A stretch of DNA of 64,000 bases from Isurus oxyrinchus (lineage: Eukaryota). The DNA is taken from contig JANJGN010000013.1 in the NCBI GenBank assembly GCA_026770705.1, forward strand, positions 58,590,001-58,654,000. Direction: 5' to 3'. The translations under genes were made by a program, and so were the position numbers. Shown here piece after piece: positions 35,005-48,185 of this stretch; the first letter of the stretch is position 1; each line of letters begins with the position of its first letter. The notes under the pieces are model-generated. The model had not been told where the DNA came from. It saw nothing but the letters and a program-made list of their open reading frames with translations, and did no database searches.

Positions 35005-38000
35005 ATGGCTTTCACAATGGCTATGACTTTTCTGGGAGTGAAGAGTGTAACTGTGGAGTATTTGAAATCACTGGCTAAAATTGAGTTGAGAGAGTTAGCA
35101 GATGAAGAGATAAAGCTGAATTTCGTAAGGCTCTTATGGTTAAAGTACTTATCCAACATGTAAAGTTGGAGGAAGGGACACCTGAAACTAGTGTGTCACA
35201 ACTGGAGGTAGTAAGGCTTCAGTTGCCAATGAAGCAGCTTGATATAGAAAGAGATAGAGAAAGGCAAAAGCTTGAATATGAAGAAAGAGAAAAAGAAAAA
35301 TAAATTTTAAAAAATATTCATGTTAGAAAGAAAGAAGAAGGAAAAAGAAAAGGGGTGATTAAAAGAAATAGAAATAAAAAAGCTTCAATGGGAAAAATAA
35401 GAGCACAAAAAGGTAAAGAAAAGATTATAAGAGATAGAAATGTGAAAGTTGAACTTCAGCTTCATGGAGAGACATTAGCAAGTGAAGAAAGATAGAAGGA
35501 AATAGAGAGATTCAGAGGGAGAAAGAAACCAGACAGCATGAATTGTCTAAAGTGAAGCTTAGAGTAAAGGCAGAAAGGAGAAATAATTATTCAGATGGTG
35601 ACTTTGATTCCTTTGAGGAATTTGATTGAACTAAAAATCATTGGTTAGTGCCTAAATTTACCGAGGATGGAGTTAAAAGTTATTTCACCTAATTTGAAAA
35701 GATAGCTATGAAATTGAATTGGCCAAGAGACGCTTGGACTATAATGTTACAGAGTGTTTTGTCAGGTACAACAGTGAATGTGTATGCTATCTTATCAGAG
35801 GAACAGTCTGCAGATTACAAGATAGTAAATAAGGCAATATTAAATGCCTATGAGCTTGTCCCTGAAGCTTATGAGTTGAAGTTTATGGGCTGAATTTTGC
35901 CGTAGGCGAGCAGGGGGCGGGGCCTACTTCTCCAGCAGGGATCGGTTCCCCGCCCGCTGGAGATTGGGTCGGGCTCATCCGCCCGGAAGGCAGGTAATTC
36001 TGCCCATATGACTTTAAGGATGATACCTCATCAGGCATTTGTAGAGTTTGAAAGAGAATTAAATCATCTGGGATCAATGGTTCAGGGTATTAACATTTGA
36101 TAAGACTTCTAAAAATGTAAGAGAGGTTATGATTATGCATGAATTTAGAAATGACATTCCAGTGAGCATCAGGACATATTTAGATGAAAGACAAAGCAAA
36201 AAGATGAGGGCAGTTGCTGCTTTAGCTGATACATATATTTCACACAAACATTTAAGAGTAGGAAAAGGGTCATATGGAAAGCAGCAAGGAAATCAGAGAG
36301 TTAGAAAACCTAGTGATGGTAAAAATGTTAGTAATAAGGATGAAGATGAAGGACACCAATATATTGAATGTGGAAAGGTAGAAAGTAGAGTGGAAGGAAA
36401 GGAATTGATATGTTACCATTGTAATAAGGCTGGACATACAAGATCAGATTGTTGGAGATTAAAAGGGAAGCCAGATGCAATGGTAGGAACTCAGAAATGT
36501 TCTGTAAGTAAGAGTACTGTGGGTTCTGAGAGCCAGGGACAAGATAAATCAGTGGTTTTTGTTCAGGTGGAGCAGGAATAATCAGTGGTAGACAGAGAAT
36601 TGGGAATGTGTTCACAACCTATGCAAGGGATACCAGGGCAAGTTACAGAGATGTTTAAAGATTTTATATGCAAAGGGAAAATAAATCCACTTGTACAGGG
36701 AAGAGCAGGAAAAGATGTGTCAAATTTAAGGGACACGGGGATGGCCAATCCTTAATGTTATGGAATAATGCCATCTGTTGCCCAGAAGTGTTATTGTAGG
36801 AGAAAGTATTAATTTGGGGGATTCATGGAAAAGTCAAACCTATTTCATTGTATAAGGTGCATTTAAAAATTGATTTGAAAACAGGAGAGATGATTGTTGG
36901 GATAGCAGAGAAATTGTCTATTTCAAGGGTTCAATTTATTCTAGCGAATGGTATAGCTGGATTACAGATATTGACAATGCCTACTGTAGTAGAGCAGCCT
37001 GTTGAAACACGATCAACAGAGGTTTTATAGAAGGAGCATCCTGGATTACTTTCAGATTGTGTGATGACAATATCACAAATGCACAGGTTTAAACAGGAAG
37101 AGGAAGAATCTAAAAGACAGAGGGAGGATGCTGAAGTTCAGTTGGCTGAATTAATTTTTGAGAAGATTACTCAGGAGGAGAGGATTAGAGATGATGGGCT
37201 AAGGTATTTAGTTCATTGAAGTTAGTGGAGTTACATCAGCAGGATCCAGACTTGAAACAGTTATACCAGACAGCTTATTCTGAAGCAGAAACAGATTCCA
37301 TTCCAGAGTGTTATTACATTAAGAACAATGAAGTAATGAGGAAATGGAGACTGCTTTGTGTTCCAGCTGATGAAAAGTGGGCAATAGTGCACCAAGTAGT
37401 GACACCATCTGGGGACCTGAATGATATTTTGAGAGTGGCTCATGAAATTCCAATGGCTGGACATTTGGGAATCAGGAAAACACAAGCTAAGATGCAAAAA
37501 TATTTTTAATGGTCTGGGCTACATAAAAATGTAGTCAAGTTCAGTCAAACATGTCACACATGTCAGGAGATAGGAAAACCTCAAGCAGTAATTAAACCAA
37601 CACTTGTAATTCCAATTCCAGCATTTAAGGAAACTTTTGATGGAGTTCTAATTGATTGTGTAGGACCCCTCCCTAAGACTAAAAGTGGGCATCAGTATTT
37701 ACTGACAATCATGGACGTGTCCACAAGATTTCCAGAAGCAATATCTTTAAGGAAAATGACAGTAAAGGTGATTGTGGAGGAGTTAACCAAATTCTTTACA
37801 AAATATGGATTACCAAAAGAAATTACCAAAAGTTCTGAATCTATGCTCCCAGATTATGTGATGAAATTCAGAGAAAGATTAAGTAATGAACAGCCTAGGG
37901 ATAAAGCAATTTAGATTGTCAGCCTATCAACCTGAATCACAAGATGCCTTAGAAAGGTGGCATCAGGCTTTAAATACTATGATTAGAGCATATAGTCAAG

Positions 38001-39931
38001 ACTATCCACATGATTGGGATCGAGGGATTCCATTCCTGTTGTTTGCTATTAGGGATGCCGCTAATGAGTCAACAGTGTTCAGTTCTTTCGAGTTAATTTA
38101 TGGTCATAAATAAGGGGATCATTCAAACTGATTCAGGAGAAATTAGTGCACCAAAGTTCTGAAACTATTCTCCTGGATTATGTGATGAAATTCAGAAAAA
38201 GATCAAGTAAGGCATGCGAGCTAGCTAGGAAACATTTAAAGATATCTCAACAAGTGATGAAAGCAAAGACAGACAAAAGGGCAAAGGTTCATAGTTTAAT
38301 GGCTGAGGAAAAATTGTTAGTATTGTTGCCAGTGTCATGTGAGCCATTGAAGGCAAGATTTAGTGGACCTTACCAGAGTGAAAAGCGACTGAGTGAGGTA
38401 AACTACGTTGTAAATACCTCAGATAGGAGAAAAGGTCAGTGAGTGTGCCATGTAAATATGCTCAAAAATACTTTGACAGAGAGGATAAACTGGAGGATGT
38501 ACTGGTAGTTGCAAAGAAGAAAAAGGGGGTAGGCGTTAAGGATTCTGAAACCGATCTTCCTCTGATTATATAGGACAATGAGGAAGAGCTTAAGAGTCTA
38601 AATGTAATGTTAGGTTACCTTCCAGAAAAGTGTTGGGGTGATTTAAAAGAACTATTCCAGTCACACAAAGCAATTTGTGTAAATAATTTGGGGAAAACAA
38701 ATTTAGCTGTACATGATATTGATGTGGCAAATTCAATTTCGATAAGGCAACACCCATATAGATTAGATTCAGTAAAAGTATCTTAAGTGTGGAAAGAAAT
38801 TGAACTTATGCTTCAAAATGACATCATTTCGCCCAGTCACAGTAATTGGAATTCACCCGATATAATGCTGTTGAAAGATGGATCACACAGACTATGTATT
38901 GATTACCAAAAAATAAATGCAACAGCAAAAGCAGATTCATATCTTATTCCATGATTGGAGGATTGCATTGAGAAAGTGAGACACTCAATGTTTATCACAA
39001 AAAAATGACTTGCCGCGAGGATATTGGCAAGTCCCTTATTGGAAAGAGCAAAGGAAATAACAGCTTTTGTGAAGCTGGAAGGTCTATATCATTGCAAAAT
39101 AATGCCCTCTGGTATGAAACATGTGCCAGCAACATTTTAGAGACTAACAAACAAATAAAGATATCTTTAAATGTTTATATTGATGACTTAATAATATTCA
39201 GACAAACGTGACAGAACCATTTACAACATTTAAAACAACTATTGGTTGTAAATTTGGCTAAAAGTGAATTTGAAAAAGTACAAGTTACATATTTAGGCCA
39301 CACTGTTGGATATGGTCAAGTGACCCCATGAGATGTAAAATTACATTGTGGAATTCCTAGTGCCTACAACAAAACTGGAAGTTTTGAGATGTCAAGATGA
39401 GTGGATTTTATCAGAAATTCGTGCCAAATTTCAGCAGTGTAGTCCTTCTGCGGACTTGGTTGTTAAAAAAGAACAGAAAATTCCAGTTGATACAGGAGTT
39501 TCAGAATGCATTTGACAGATTGAAATGTGTATTAACTACTTACACCTGTTCTATCAGCGCCTGATTATACAAAGCAGATTAAGTTGGCTATTGACGCCAG
39601 TGATATGGGTGATGGTGCAGTGTTGCTACAATAAAATGAACTGGGAATTGAGAAGCCGGAAGTTGAACGTACATCAGAAGAGATATTCAACTGCAGAGAA
39701 AGAGATTTTAAGATTGGTGTTAGCTTTGCAGCATTTTGAATTGCATGTTGCAAACAATTCTTCAGAGACAGTAACAAATCCTGACCACAATCCTTGGAAG
39801 TTTCTCGAAAGGTTTCAAAATAAAAACACCAGGCTGTTTGAGTGGAGTTAATTACTGCATCCATCCAATTTACAAATTATACATGTGGCTGGATGAGAAA
39901 ATTTAATTGCAGATGCATTGGCAAGAGATTA
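35005..39931 (+). pseudogene. Gypsy gag-pol with integrase upstream of RT, many stops and frameshifts
   Basis: AYELVPEAY; CYHCNKAGHTRSDC; LRDTG; AHEIPMAGHLGIRKT; DCVGPLP...TRFPEA; LERWHQ; FSGPY; YIDD; DAS...EKE...DHNP...ADAL. Confidence 0.88.
35886..36006. mobile_element. 121-bp MITE inserted in Gypsy gag
   Basis: Termini TGGGCTGAATT / AATTCTGCCCA, TA on both sides. Removal restores the frame ELKFMTLR. Confidence 0.75.
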
Positions 39932-41321
39932 AAATTCAAGAGAACTTGGATATTTGCAAATGGAGAAAGGGGCGGAATGAACTCTATTTTCACAAAAGAC
40001 TTGTATATATTTTCATGGTCGATGCATGTACACTATAGTGTAATAATTTGTATATATAAATGCAGTGAGGAATATGAAATAGGTTGAAAAATGAAACCAA
40101 TTTTTTGAAATTATGTTGTCATTATTTTACAAGGAGGGGGTTGTGAGAAATAGGTGTTATTTTTAAAAATATTTTGGAGAATATTGCATTATTCTGTAAA
40201 GAGGGCTGTGTGTCCATGCTCGTGTGGGTGTGTGTGTGTGTGTGTGTGTGAATGATTTAATTAAGCTGGACAAAGGTTACTAGGAGAGAAGTTGTCTGGG
40301 AAGTTTAAAACATGAAAGGATAGAGGGGTTAGGTTTGAGGTACAAGTGAATAGGTTGGATCTAACATTTGCATTTTAGGTAAGCTGAGAGCTTGTTTGAA
40401 TATCAAAGGGAAGTCAGAGGTGGGAAGAAACATGTCTGCATCTTGCAGGAGTTCCATAGGTAAATAGAAGAGGGTATATTACATTGTATTGACCCAAAAG
40501 CAGACGGAAAGATAGATCTATAAAAGATTTTATATTTGGAAGGATTTGAGTTTCAAGGTGGTGTGAGAACAATGGAACCTAAGATTAAAGAGGGAAAATG
40601 GTATCTTAGAGTTACTGCAGAGAGATTAGGGGTTGAGCTGTGAGATGTAGCTGTTAGCCGTAGCTCTAGGCTGGGAGGAGATGCAATATGAATCGGCCGT
40701 CCAATCAAGCCAGAGGAATCTTGGCCTGCAACAAGCAGCCTAGTTCTGAAGTACTGGATTTCCACAACAGAGTGGAAGAGAGTTAGAGGTCATGTGGTAA
40801 GTCTTTATTAAAGCTACAGCAGTTTGCCTTGGTTAATATTACTGGATTTTTATAGTTAAGCATCTATAAGGGAGTGTTGTCTGTAAGGTGTTTACTTGTG
40901 GGTCTGACCAATATTTCGGGGGCAATGCTTTGTAAAACAATTTTTAACTGTGTAACGGTAACGTTGTCTGCTTAAATTTTATTTTATTCTTGCTAATAAA
41001 ACTTTTACTTTTAATTTTTAAAATCACAGAAGCGTTACTGGACTTCTTGCTGCTGAGTTCAGTACGCCGTCTTCTCGGTTTTAGAATAGGAAAATGAGGG
41101 GTATGGCCAGTAAGCCATGTCACCCTCTGGGATTTGGTTTCGCATTAATTAACATTGGCCGTAGCCATAACAACCCTTTTGAATTCCCTTCCTAACCCCT
41201 TCTATTTCTCCATCGCGTTCTCCTTTTGTAACACCCTCTTGAAAGCTTACAGCTTTGAATAAAATTTTGGTCACATCGTTGGTCACGATGACGTCACAAC
41301 GTCATTTCTTCTGCCGGTAGC

Positions 41322-41560
41322 GTGTAACGAAATCTTTTATATAAGAGGATATGCGATTTATTTACACACGGAGCTATTTTCTACGTTAAACTGACGTCGG
41401 CACTTGCCTTTTACTAGTTGAAGTTTCGATATATAGAAGTTTGTTGAGATGTTACAGTTAAACATTTATATATGATTTGAGCACAAGTATACAGATGTAC
41501 ATGTAATAACCGACATGGGGAGGCTGAATTGACGCCCACCCATACTGTGAAAGCTATAAA
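41322..41560 (+). repeat. Non-coding block homologous to 63161-63416
   Basis: Shared anchors GTGTAACGAAATC, TGCGATTT, TTACTAG, GAAGTTTCGAT, CAAGTATAC, ATTGACGCCCA and AAAGCTATAAA in the same order. Confidence 0.8.
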
Positions 41561-41711
41561 CTTAGAATACTGTTGGAAACATGATGGTGTGAAGTAAGAG
41601 GGCGATGCACAAGAGGCCGGATTTGCAGGAACACATAAATTCATGTAATAGTCGTTAATCCCCTGCTCCATGTTCTCCAGCATCTTCATAAGATCATCTA
41701 GTATGCATAAA

Positions 41712-43600
41712 AGCATAAGAACATAAGAAATAGGGTTACATGCAGGCCATACGGCACATTCGGCCCTCTATGCCAAGCAATAAGATCTCGGATGATCTTC
41801 CACGTCAACAGTACTTTTCCATTCTATCCCCATATCCTATGATTTCTTTACTGCCCCCCCCCCCCCAAAATTAGCGATCTCATCTTGAAGGGATGGAGAA
41901 TTCCAAGCAGCCCAAACTCTGTGAAAGAAGAAATGTTTCTTTATTTTAGTTCTAAGTGGTCGGTTCCTTGCTTGAGACTGTAAATCCTTATTTTTAGACT
42001 CCCATCAGGAGAAACAGTTCAGCCTCCACACTATCAAGTCCTCTAAGAATGTTTTATATTTCAAAGAGATCGCCCCTCATTTTCCTAAACTCCAGAGTAT
42101 GTAGGCCCATTGATTCAATCTCTTCTCATGGGACAGCCATCCCACCCCAAGTATCAGACTAGTGTAAATTTTTTTGGACCCCTGCTAATGCAGGTATATC
42201 ATTCCTTAGGTAGGGATACCAAACTGTAACAGTACTCCAGGGGTACTCTCATCAAAGCTCTATATTATTGCAGCAAGATTGCTTTACTCTTATACTCCAA
42301 TCACTTTGCAATAATTCAACTCACAGTTTACTTCCCCACCAAGTTTCGAATTATCATTGAAGTTGAACATATTACACTGAATCCCTGCATTTAGTAATTG
42401 GTATAGATTATAAATAGTGGAAACCCAAGCACTGACCCTTGCAGCACTCCACTAGGTTCATCCTGCTATCCTGAAAATGATCTGTTTATTCCTACTCTCT
42501 ATTTTCTTTCCATTCACCAATCCTCAATCTATGAGAATATATTAATCCCAATCCCACGAGCTTTAAGCTGTATAATAACATTATGTGTGACTTCACCTCG
42601 AATATTTTCTGAGAATTCAATGCATACACTAATTCCTGCTTATCCACCTTGTCAACTACACCCTCAATTACACCCAAAAATTCCAATCGATGCAAATATG
42701 ATATCCTTTTCATGAAATCATTCTTGCTATTATAGTCATTTTATCATTTTCTAAGTGTCCTGTTGCCATATCCGTAATAATGCCAATATCAGGCTAACAG
42801 ATCTATATTTCCCATGGTCTCTCTATATTTTTTTTTGAACAACAGAGTTGCATTTTCTATTTTCCATTGCTCTATAATCTAAGGCAACCTGGAAAACTAA
42901 AGTCAGTGGTTCCACCATCTCTGCAGCTACCACTTTTCAAGCTGTACAATATATTGTATCAGGTGCAGAAGATTTATTGCCTTTAAATCCCATTAATTCT
43001 CCAGAACTTTTTCTTCACTAAAATTAATTACATTAAATTCCTCACTCTCATTAGACCCTTGGTTCTCCACTTTTTTCGACATGTTTTGTGTCTCCTACTT
43101 TGAAGAAGGACAAAGAAATGTGCAATTCTCCATTATAATTTTTTTACTGTCTCTGACTCTAAGGTACCCATGTTTACCTTCACTAACCTCTTCCTATTTA
43201 TGTATAGATGCTCCTCTCGCTTGTTTTTGTATTTTTTGCTAGTTTAGTGTCATTTTATACAATCCCTCTTTATCAATTCCTTGGTCATCCATTCCTAAGA
43301 GTAAACACTCTCCAATCCTTGTAGTTAAGAATCATTTTGGCAATAACCTTATCGCTCTTCATCTGATCAAGTACTAACCTTAACTTCCCCCATTAGCCAC
43401 GTCTGGACCACTTTTCTTGTGCTCTTTTAATTATTCAAGGGAATATATCCTGGTTGGGAATTCTAAATGACATGTAAATTACTTTAAAAACATACTAATT
43501 GTGATCTAAATCTTAATTACAAAATAACTAATCTAAATTGTAAATTAATTGTAAATTACTAATTTAAAATATTTCCCATTACTTATCTACCAACTTATTA
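41712..43600 (-). mobile_element. Old CR1 LINE, probably continuing at about 48463-48790 beyond the nested Gypsy
   Basis: Tail complement AAGAACATAAGAAATAGG and degenerate RT (LEFLGVIEGVVDK...). Confidence 0.65.
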
Positions 43601-45049
43601 GGAATATTTTTGGGAATATGGTGGCATTCTGTAAACAAGGCCATGTGATTAATTACTCTAGGGGAAAGTTAGTAAAGACAGTTTGTCTGTGGGAACTGAG
43701 AGATGAAAAGTAAAGGTGATAGGATTATGGATTTGTACTGAGAGTTTGGAGAAGTTGGATTTACAAATACATAGGTTGGGTTTTAAATTTTGCATTGATA
43801 AGTAGGGATTTGGTTTTTCAGCTGTTAACTTTCAAAGGTGAGTTTAGAAGTGACAACGGACTTATACGACTTACAAAGCTTCATAAATAAACAAGGGAAG
43901 GGTATCAAATTTTATTAGATCTGAAAGTACAGGGAATAGGAAAACATGAAAGATTTTTATATTTGGAAAGGTTGAGCTAAAAGAGGTGCTTGAGAACAAT
44001 GGAATCTAAAATGAAAGAGAAAAAATATATTTAAGGAAAGATGTTTAGTTGAGTTGTGGTGGCTGTGTCGGGGAGATGTCCTGAGACCAGCTCTGTGTTG
44101 AGAAATGGTGTGAAATCTGAAGCAGGCATCCAGTTTCAAGTCAGAAAAGCCTTTGTTTTCTGAAAGCAGCCTCTTTCTGAATCTTTGTTTTAGATTTCCA
44201 CAGCAGAGTGGAAGAGAATGAGAAGTCATGTGGTTTACCTTTATTAAAGTTACAGCAGTTTTGCCTAGGGGTAATATTACTGGATTTTTATGATTAAAAT
44301 CTATAATGGAGCTGTTGCCAAGTAGCTTACTTGTGTGCTCTGACCAAGTGACTGTTTTGGGAGTTTTTGCAAAACTATTTTAACTGTGTAACTTTAATCT
44401 TGCATGCTTAAGTTTCTCCCTTTCTTGTTAATAAATCTTTTCATTTTAAAATCCTAAAAATGTGACTGGGATTCTATGCTTCCGTGATTAGCAGCTCTTT
44501 CCCTCATTTTCAAAATACAGAAAGAAAGGTATGATCAGTAAGACAAGTTTTCCTCTAGGATTTGACTTGCTCAGCAAATAACATTGGCTGTGGTCATAAC
44601 ACACTTGGGTGTTGGACTCAGGAAGCACCTGAAACTAATGTGTCACAACTAGAGGTCGTAAGACTTCAGTCACAGATGAAAAAGCTTGAATTTGAACAAG
44701 AAATGGAACTGAAAAGGCTTGAATTTGAAGAAAAAGAAAAAGAAAGAGAAATGAAAAAGCTTTGCAAAAGAATAGGGACAAATTAAAAGAAATAGAAATA
44801 AAAAGCTTACATGGGGAAAAAAGGAGCAAGAAAAGGAAAAGATTGCACGAGATAGAAATGTGAAAGCTTGAACTTCAACTGCAGAAAGAGAAGTTAGCAA
44901 CTGAGGAAAGAGAGAGTAAAGAGATAGAGAGCTTCAGATAGAGAGAGGGGGAAAAGGCAGACAGTATGGACTGCCTAAAGTGAAACTTAGAATAAAAGAG
45001 GAAAGGAGAGATTGAATCTCTGTTGAGATTCAATCAACAGAGGTTTTAT

Positions 45050-45868
45050 TGTTATGACACAGCAGTTGGTAAAGGCTGACTTGTTTAAATCCCAGAGAGA
45101 AACTTGAACAACTGTCATAACCTATATTTTCAATTGGTATTTTTAATATGCAGCTCTGAATTCAGAAATGAAACCACCAAACCTCAAGTGGTTTTTTTTT
45201 AATATAAAACTAAATTAAACATTTATTAACTTAACAAGAAATTAAATACATACAGATGTCTACAAATTACTACCATAATAAGTTTTAAACAACTCCCCAA
45301 ATGAATCATTTCCAGGCAAATCTTCACCAAGGCAACAATAGCCCATAGACTTTAAACAGACACCAGACAAGCCTCAGTTGACCGTACAAATTCAAAATGA
45401 GGTCCCTTGAAATTTGGTTCCTTTGCAGGCAGGGTTGTAGGGCTTACAGGCTGCTTAAGTCTTGCATGCCTCTGGCCTGCACATACAAAACCCCTTTCTG
45501 TTTATGCCTAGCCTTCCCTTTGAATATAAATTCTCATTGAATCACTAGGACTTTGAACCCCACCTCTTCTAATAAAACCCCTTTCATAGCACCAATTTTA
45601 TTAGTAATATAAACACAGTGCTTGGTGTCTCCTAGATAGGTGCAAGATTTTACTCCCTTCTTTTGAATGGCTTATTCAACAAATGAAAATGTACCATTTA
45701 CCTTTTAGCCTTACGTTTATCTAATTAACATCGCAAACTACGATACACCAAAGCACCCAGGCCACATGACTTTAATTTAATTGAGCCACACACAGACAGA
45801 GACCTTACTACAAGTCCATTATAAAAAATAATTTCTGATAATATTATACACAATATCTCTTCATGACA
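45050..45868 (-). mobile_element. Solo LTR nested in the second Gypsy
   Basis: TGTTATGA...TCATGACA termini, flanks TTAT/TTAC. The host sequence on either side is contiguous in the first Gypsy at about 37013-37047. Confidence 0.8.
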
Positions 45869-46347
45869 TTACAGAAAGAGCTTCCTGGATTGCTTCCAGG
45901 CTGTGTAGTGAAGAGGTCACAGAGACAGAAACTTAAACACGAAGATGAAAAATCTAAAATTCAGGGAGAGGATGTTGAACATCAGTTGGCTGAATCAATG
46001 CTCACAAAGATTAGTCAGGAAGAGGAGATTAGAGAAAATGAAGCTGAGGTGTCTGTTTCCTTGATGTCAGTAGCGTTACTGCCGAAGGAGCCAGAATTAA
46101 AACAGTTATACTTTGACAGAGAGGATAAACAGGAGGACTTACAGGTAGTGGTAGGTAAGAAGGGGGAAACAGAAATTAAAGATTCTGAAATTGACTTTCT
46201 TCTGATTAAATTGGACAATGGGGAAGTAGTTAAGATTCTAAATGTGATACAAAGTTACCTTTCAGAAAAATGCCAGAGTGATTTACAAAAGCTGTTGCAG
46301 CCACACAAAGCAATTTGTGGAAATAGACCAGGAAAGACAAATTTGGA

Positions 46348-46572
46348 AAAACAGAATTACCTGGAAAAACTCAGTAGGTCTGGCAGCATCGGCGGAGAAG
46401 AAAAGAGTTGACGTTTCGAGTCCTCATGACCCTTCGACAGAACTTGAAGGGTCATGAGGACTCGAAACGTCAACTCTTTTCTTCTCCGCCGATGCTGCCA
46501 GACCTACTGAGTTTTTCCAGGTAATTCTGTTTTTGTTTTAGATTTCCAGCATCCGCAGTTTTCTTTGTTTTC
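46348..46572. mobile_element. Palindromic Penelope-like terminal fragment, 89-bp arms with 10-nt spacer
   Basis: 46347-46435 versus 46446-46534. Perfect TSD AAGACAAATTTGGA at 46334-46347 and 46573-46586. Confidence 0.9.
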
Positions 46573-48154
46573 AAGACAAATTTGGATTTGCATGATGTTG
46601 ATGTGGGGGATTCAGTTTCAATAGGGCAACACCCATATAGATAATATCCAGTAAAATAGGCTCAAGTGTGGAAAGAAATTGAATTTATGCTTCAAAATTG
46701 CATCATAGAGCCCAGTCACAGTAATTGGAGTTCACCTATTGTGATGGTGCCAAAACTGGATGCATCACAAAGACTATGTATTGATTACAGCTAAGTAATG
46801 CAGTAACAAAGGTGGGTTCATATCCTATTCTACAATTGGACGATTGTATTGAGAGAGTGGGACAGTTAGCGTTTATCCTAAAAATTGACTTAACATGAGG
46901 ATACTGGCAAGTACCCTTATCAGAAAGAGCCAAAGAGATATTAGCTTGTGTGATGCCAGATGGTTTTTATCAACGCAAAGTAATGCCTTTTGATATGAAG
47001 AAGACACCAGTAACATTTCAGAGATGGTTGTATATACTGACCACATTCCTTTGAAGTTTCTGGAAAAATTTCCAGGTAAAAACATGAGACTCTTTTGGTG
47101 GAGTTTGTTAGTACAACCGTTCAATTAAAAAAAATATACATGTGACTGGACAAGAGAATTTAATTGTAGATGTATTGTCAAGAGTTTAAATTCAAAAGGA
47201 CTTTGGTGTTGGGAAATTGGGAATGGACTGGAAGAAACTTTATTCTTACAAAAGAATTGTATACATATATTTTTATGGTTGATGCATGTAAAGCAGAGTG
47301 TATATTTTTTTACATATAGATAAGTATAATAAGTAATACGGAGTGGGTTGAGAAAATAAAAACATCTGGTTGAAATGTGACATTTACTTTTTTTCATTGA
47401 GGGAGGCGTGAAGATGGATTTAAAAAAACATTTTTGGGAATATGGTGGCATTCTGTAAAGGTGTGCATGTATCTGTGTGTGCGTGTGTGTGTGTGTGTAA
47501 TATTAATTGCACTGGATGAAGGTAAGTAAAGACAACTTGTCTGTGGGAACTGAGAGATGAAAGGTAAAGGTGTTAGGTTCTGCATTTGTAAGGTTGCAGA
47601 GGTACGATTTACAAATCAAAGTTGGGTTTTTTAAATTTGCATTAGATGATTCGTAGCGACTTGACTTTTCACCTATTAAATTTCAAAGGAGAGTTTAGAA
47701 GTGGCAAGGGACTTTCACAACTTGCAAAGGTTTCATAAGTAAATGAGGGAAGGTTATTACATTTTATTAGACCTGAAAGTAGAGGCAATAGGAAAACATG
47801 AAAGATTTTTATATTTAGAAACATGGAATCTAAGATGATAGGGAAAAATAGATGTTTAAGGAAGGGTGATTAGTTGAGCTGTGGTAGCTGTATCCTGAGA
47901 CCAGCTCTGTGCTGAGAAAAGGCGTGAAATCCAGTTTAAAGCCAGCAAAGTCTTTGTTTTCAGAAACAGCCTGTTTCTGAATCTTTCTTTTGGATTTCTG
48001 CAGCAGAGTGGAAGTCAGTAAGAAGTCGTGTGGTACACCTTTATTAAAGTTACAGCAGTTTTGTCTTGGGGTAATATTACTGGATTTTATGGTTAAGAAT
48101 CTATAAGGGAGTTGTTGCCAAGTAGTTTACTTGTGTGTTTTGACCAAGAGGATT

Positions 48155-48185
<31 letters not shown>

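Larger units (their letters stand above)
33852..41172 (+). mobile_element. Gmr1-type Gypsy LTR retrotransposon, full length, decayed
   Basis: LTRs 33852-34867 and 40142-41172 (TG...CA), purine tract AAGGAGGGGG, flanks GCCC/ACCC, domain order gag-PR-IN-RT-RH. Confidence 0.92.
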
